The position numbers and the translations under genes are program-made. DNA of 64,000 nt from an uncultured Actinomycetes bacterium (GTDB lineage Bacteria > Actinomycetota > UBA4738 > HRBIN12). Within the stretch, counting starts at the first letter, position 1, and each line of letters starts with the position of its first letter. The stretch is taken from assembly GCA_963700855.1 (NCBI GenBank), contig CAVOYV010000001.1, positions 379,932 to 443,931 on the forward strand, in the 5' to 3' direction. This document shows positions 61,612-64,000 of this stretch, in pieces. The notes under the pieces are model-generated. The model made no database searches and had not been told where the DNA came from. It worked only from the letters and a program-made list of their open reading frames with translations.

Positions 61612-62175
61612 ATGGCCAAGGCAACGGGGAACAGACCGAACGCCCTGCACCGTTCGGTCGAGGTGCGTATCGAGCAGGTGAGCTTGGCGCCGGCCCAGAC
61701 GGTGTACGCGCTGCTCGCGGAACCTCGCTCTCACGTGGTGTGGGGCGGGGAGCGTCAAGGGAAGAAGAGCCGCCTGCTGTCGGTGGAGACCACCGACGAG
61801 ATCGTGACCGTGGGCAGCGAGTTCTCGACGACCGGCGCCGACCCGATGGGCCGCTTCGCGGACCGATCGGTGGTGACAGAGGCGGACGCACCGCGGTTGT
61901 TCGAGTTCGTGACAGAGGCGCGGCTGACCACGAAGAAGGGCGATGTCGCCGACTGGACGAACATCCACCGCTACGAGATCACGTCCACCGACGAGGGCTG
62001 CCAGATCGTGTACTCGCTTCGGGTGGCTCGGATCAGCGCCCTGCCGGGGATGCTCCGATGGTTCAACGTCCCCGTGCTCGGCGCGGTGATGATCAAGGCG
62101 GCCGCGAGCCTGCCCAAGAAGGGGCTGAGGAACCTCGCCCGCATGGCTGAGGAACGCCCGAACACGCGCGCCTAA
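61612..62175 (+). CDS. SRPBCC (polyketide cyclase/dehydrase-like) superfamily protein
   Basis: GAGGAGG RBS. The ~190-aa fold is compatible with SRPBCC ligand-binding proteins. Confidence 0.6.
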   Translation: MAKATGNRPNALHRSVEVRIEQVSLAPAQTVYALLAEPRSHVVWGGERQGKKSRLLSVETTDEIVTVGSEFSTTGADPMGRFADRSVVTEADAPRLFEFVTEARLTTKKGDVADWTNIHRYEITSTDEGCQIVYSLRVARISALPGMLRWFNVPVLGAVMIKAAASLPKKGLRNLARMAEERPNTRA

Positions 62176-62237
62176 CGAACCGAGCTTCGTCGACGACGGA
62201 GCCGTGTCCCGCGGAGGCGGGAGGAAGGGGGAAGTAC

Positions 62238-62612
62238 ATGCCCAAGGTGTCGAGGGCGACAGCGGCGGAGCACGTCGAGATGGAGGGGTTCGAGGGCCAC
62301 TACGGCGAGGCGGCCGACCACACGATCGGCTTCGAGAGGTACTCGGCCGACGCGGACCTCCGGGACCTGTTCAAGGGCCTCCCGGACGATCGCTGTCAGG
62401 CCCCGCATTGGGGCTACGTGGTGTCGGGGAGGCTGATCTTCCACACGGCCGACGGGCCCGAGGAGTTCGTCGCGGGCGACGCGTACTACGTGGGGCCCGG
62501 GCACACGCCCGAGCTCTTCGCCGGGACGGAGGTCGTCGAGTTCAGTCCGACCGTTGAGCTTCAGCACACGATGGAGGTCGTCACCCGCAACGCGGAGACG
62601 ATGGAGGGCTGA
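62238..62612 (+). CDS. cupin-domain protein
   Basis: GGAGG RBS. 124-aa small beta-barrel candidate (…HWGYVVSGRLIFHTADG…GDAYYVGPGHTPE…). Confidence 0.6.
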   Translation: MPKVSRATAAEHVEMEGFEGHYGEAADHTIGFERYSADADLRDLFKGLPDDRCQAPHWGYVVSGRLIFHTADGPEEFVAGDAYYVGPGHTPELFAGTEVVEFSPTVELQHTMEVVTRNAETMEG

Positions 62613-62711
62613 GGAACCACGGGGTGGGCCGCCCGCGCCCGCCCCTCCGCAACGGAAACATCACAGTCCCGACACCGCGCCCGGGAGCCTCTCGGCGCTA
62701 GCATCACGGCC

Positions 62712-63452
62712 ATGCCCCCCTACAAGGAGCAGGGTGTCGTCCTGCGGTCGGTGAAGCTCGGCGAGGCCGACAAGATCGTCACCATCCTCACCCAGGGGTC
62801 GGGCAAGGTCCGCGCCGTCGCGAAGGGGGTCCGCAAGACCACCTCCCGGTTCGGCGCCCGTGTCGAGCCGTTCACGCACGTGAACCTGATGCTCTACCGG
62901 GGCCGGGGGTCGCTCGACACGATCACGCAGGCCGAGATCCTCGCTCCGCACCTGCGTCTGCGCACCGATCTCGCGTTGTTCGCCGCGGGCGAGACGATGG
63001 TCGAAGCCGTCGACAAGGTGGCTGAGGAGCACGAGCGCAACGTCAGGCTCGTGCTCCTGTTGCTGTCGGGATTGCGGGCGCTGGACGCGGGTCCCGCCGA
63101 CCCGGCGGCCGTGGCGGAGTCGTTCGTCCTGAAGCTCCTGTCGCTCTCTGGGTTCCATCCGAGCCTCGCGGCGTGCGCGGTGTGCGGGGAGCGAGACGTC
63201 CGTCTGTGGTCCAGCGGTCTCGGTGGCGCCGTCTGCGCGGGGTGCGCGGACGCGAACGCCGGCGTCGTGTCCCCTGTGGCGCTCGAACTGCTCTCGCACC
63301 TGGCGCTGACCGATCTGTCCGAGGTCGGCGCGACCCTCGAGGCCGACGAACGCGTCCGGCGCGAGGCCCGCGGGCTGCTGTTCGGGTTCGCCGAGTACCA
63401 CCTCGAAAGGCGGATGCGATCCGTGCCGATGCTCGTCAGGACCGCACGATGA
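62712..63452 (+). CDS. recO: DNA repair protein RecO
   Basis: N-terminal OB fold (VVLRSVKLGEADKIVTILT...) and a C-terminal zinc motif (CAVCGE...CAGC). Confidence 0.9.
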   Translation: MPPYKEQGVVLRSVKLGEADKIVTILTQGSGKVRAVAKGVRKTTSRFGARVEPFTHVNLMLYRGRGSLDTITQAEILAPHLRLRTDLALFAAGETMVEAVDKVAEEHERNVRLVLLLLSGLRALDAGPADPAAVAESFVLKLLSLSGFHPSLAACAVCGERDVRLWSSGLGGAVCAGCADANAGVVSPVALELLSHLALTDLSEVGATLEADERVRREARGLLFGFAEYHLERRMRSVPMLVRTAR

Positions 63453-64000
63453 GCTCCTACCTCGCCGACATCGACCGTACGCGCGTGCCACAGCACGTGG
63501 CGATCGTGATGGACGGCAACGGCCGATGGGCGAAGCTCCGGGGACTCCCTCGCACCGAGGGTCACGGGGCCGGGGAAGAGGCCTTGTGGGACACGGTGAA
63601 GGGCGCGGTCGAGGTGGGCGTGAAGTGGCTCACCGTCTACGCGTTCTCGACCGAGAACTGGTCGCGGCCGCCCGCGGAGGTCCGCTACCTGATGAACTTC
63701 AACCGCGGGCTCCTGCAGCGCCGCCGCGACGAACTCCACTCGATGAACGTCCGGATCCGCTTCATCGGGCGCCGCGACTGGCGGGTGCCCAGGTCGGTGC
63801 TCAAGGAGATCCGGATCGCCGAGGAGCTCACCGCCGCCAACACGGGCATGACGTTCACGATCGCGTTCAACTACGGGGGTCGCGTCGAGATCGTCGACGC
63901 CGTCCGCCAGATCGCCCGCGAGGCGGCGGAAGGGAAGCTGAAGCCCGAGAAGATCGACGCCGGGGCGATCGCCTCGCGGCTCTACGGGGCGGACGCCCCC
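63449..64000 (+). CDS. uppS: isoprenyl transferase / undecaprenyl diphosphate synthase (3'-truncated by window end)
   Basis: ATGA overlap with the recO stop. Motifs HVAIVMDGNGRWA and YAFSTENWSRP. Confidence 0.9.
   Translation, partial: MSSYLADIDRTRVPQHVAIVMDGNGRWAKLRGLPRTEGHGAGEEALWDTVKGAVEVGVKWLTVYAFSTENWSRPPAEVRYLMNFNRGLLQRRRDELHSMNVRIRFIGRRDWRVPRSVLKEIRIAEELTAANTGMTFTIAFNYGGRVEIVDAVRQIAREAAEGKLKPEKIDAGAIASRLYGADAP

Overview
The window is a high-GC (~70%) actinobacterial-type chromosomal segment. Most of it is conserved housekeeping operons on both strands, with start/stop overlaps (ATGA/GTGA) at many gene junctions. In order: valS(partial)-folC-ndk; a serine-hydrolase gene; the FAS-II genes fabD / fabH-fabG-acpP-fabF (minus strand), split by an ABC-transporter + alkaline-phosphatase-superfamily + lipoprotein module; mreB-mreC-mreD-mrdA-rodA; a cytoplasmic hybrid receiver/histidine kinase; rne (RNase E/G) with a ~520-bp leader; rplU-rpmA-(small antisense gene)-obgE-DinB-like-nadD-LytR_C-like-rsfS-tRNA-Ala; an accessory-looking trio (saccharopine-DH-like, FG-GAP protein, phospholipase-C-type phosphoesterase); leuS; a sulfite-oxidase-like molybdoenzyme and a tryptophanase-family lyase; comEA-comEC-holA; rpsT / lepA-hemW; an ECF sigma / anti-sigma pair; CIRCE-hrcA-dnaJ; HIT; phoH-ybeY-corC-cdd-era; an inserted block (EamA transporter, cupredoxin, deoC, ALDH, half-ALDH, LuxR, SRPBCC, cupin); recO-uppS(partial). 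No CRISPR, no rRNA, no transposase or integrase were found. The most pervasive signal is technical: at least 18 frameshifts interrupt otherwise clearly homologous genes, including essential acpP, obgE, fabF, fabH and dnaJ, mostly at G/C homopolymers. This points to indel sequencing errors rather than genuine pseudogenes. No compelling self-contained novel system such as a defence island was seen. The most interesting candidates are the ECF sigma/anti-sigma pair with an unusual extracytoplasmic domain, the atypical REC-HisKA-HATPase hybrid next to the cell-shape operon, the structured rne leader, and the insertions that break otherwise conserved operons.
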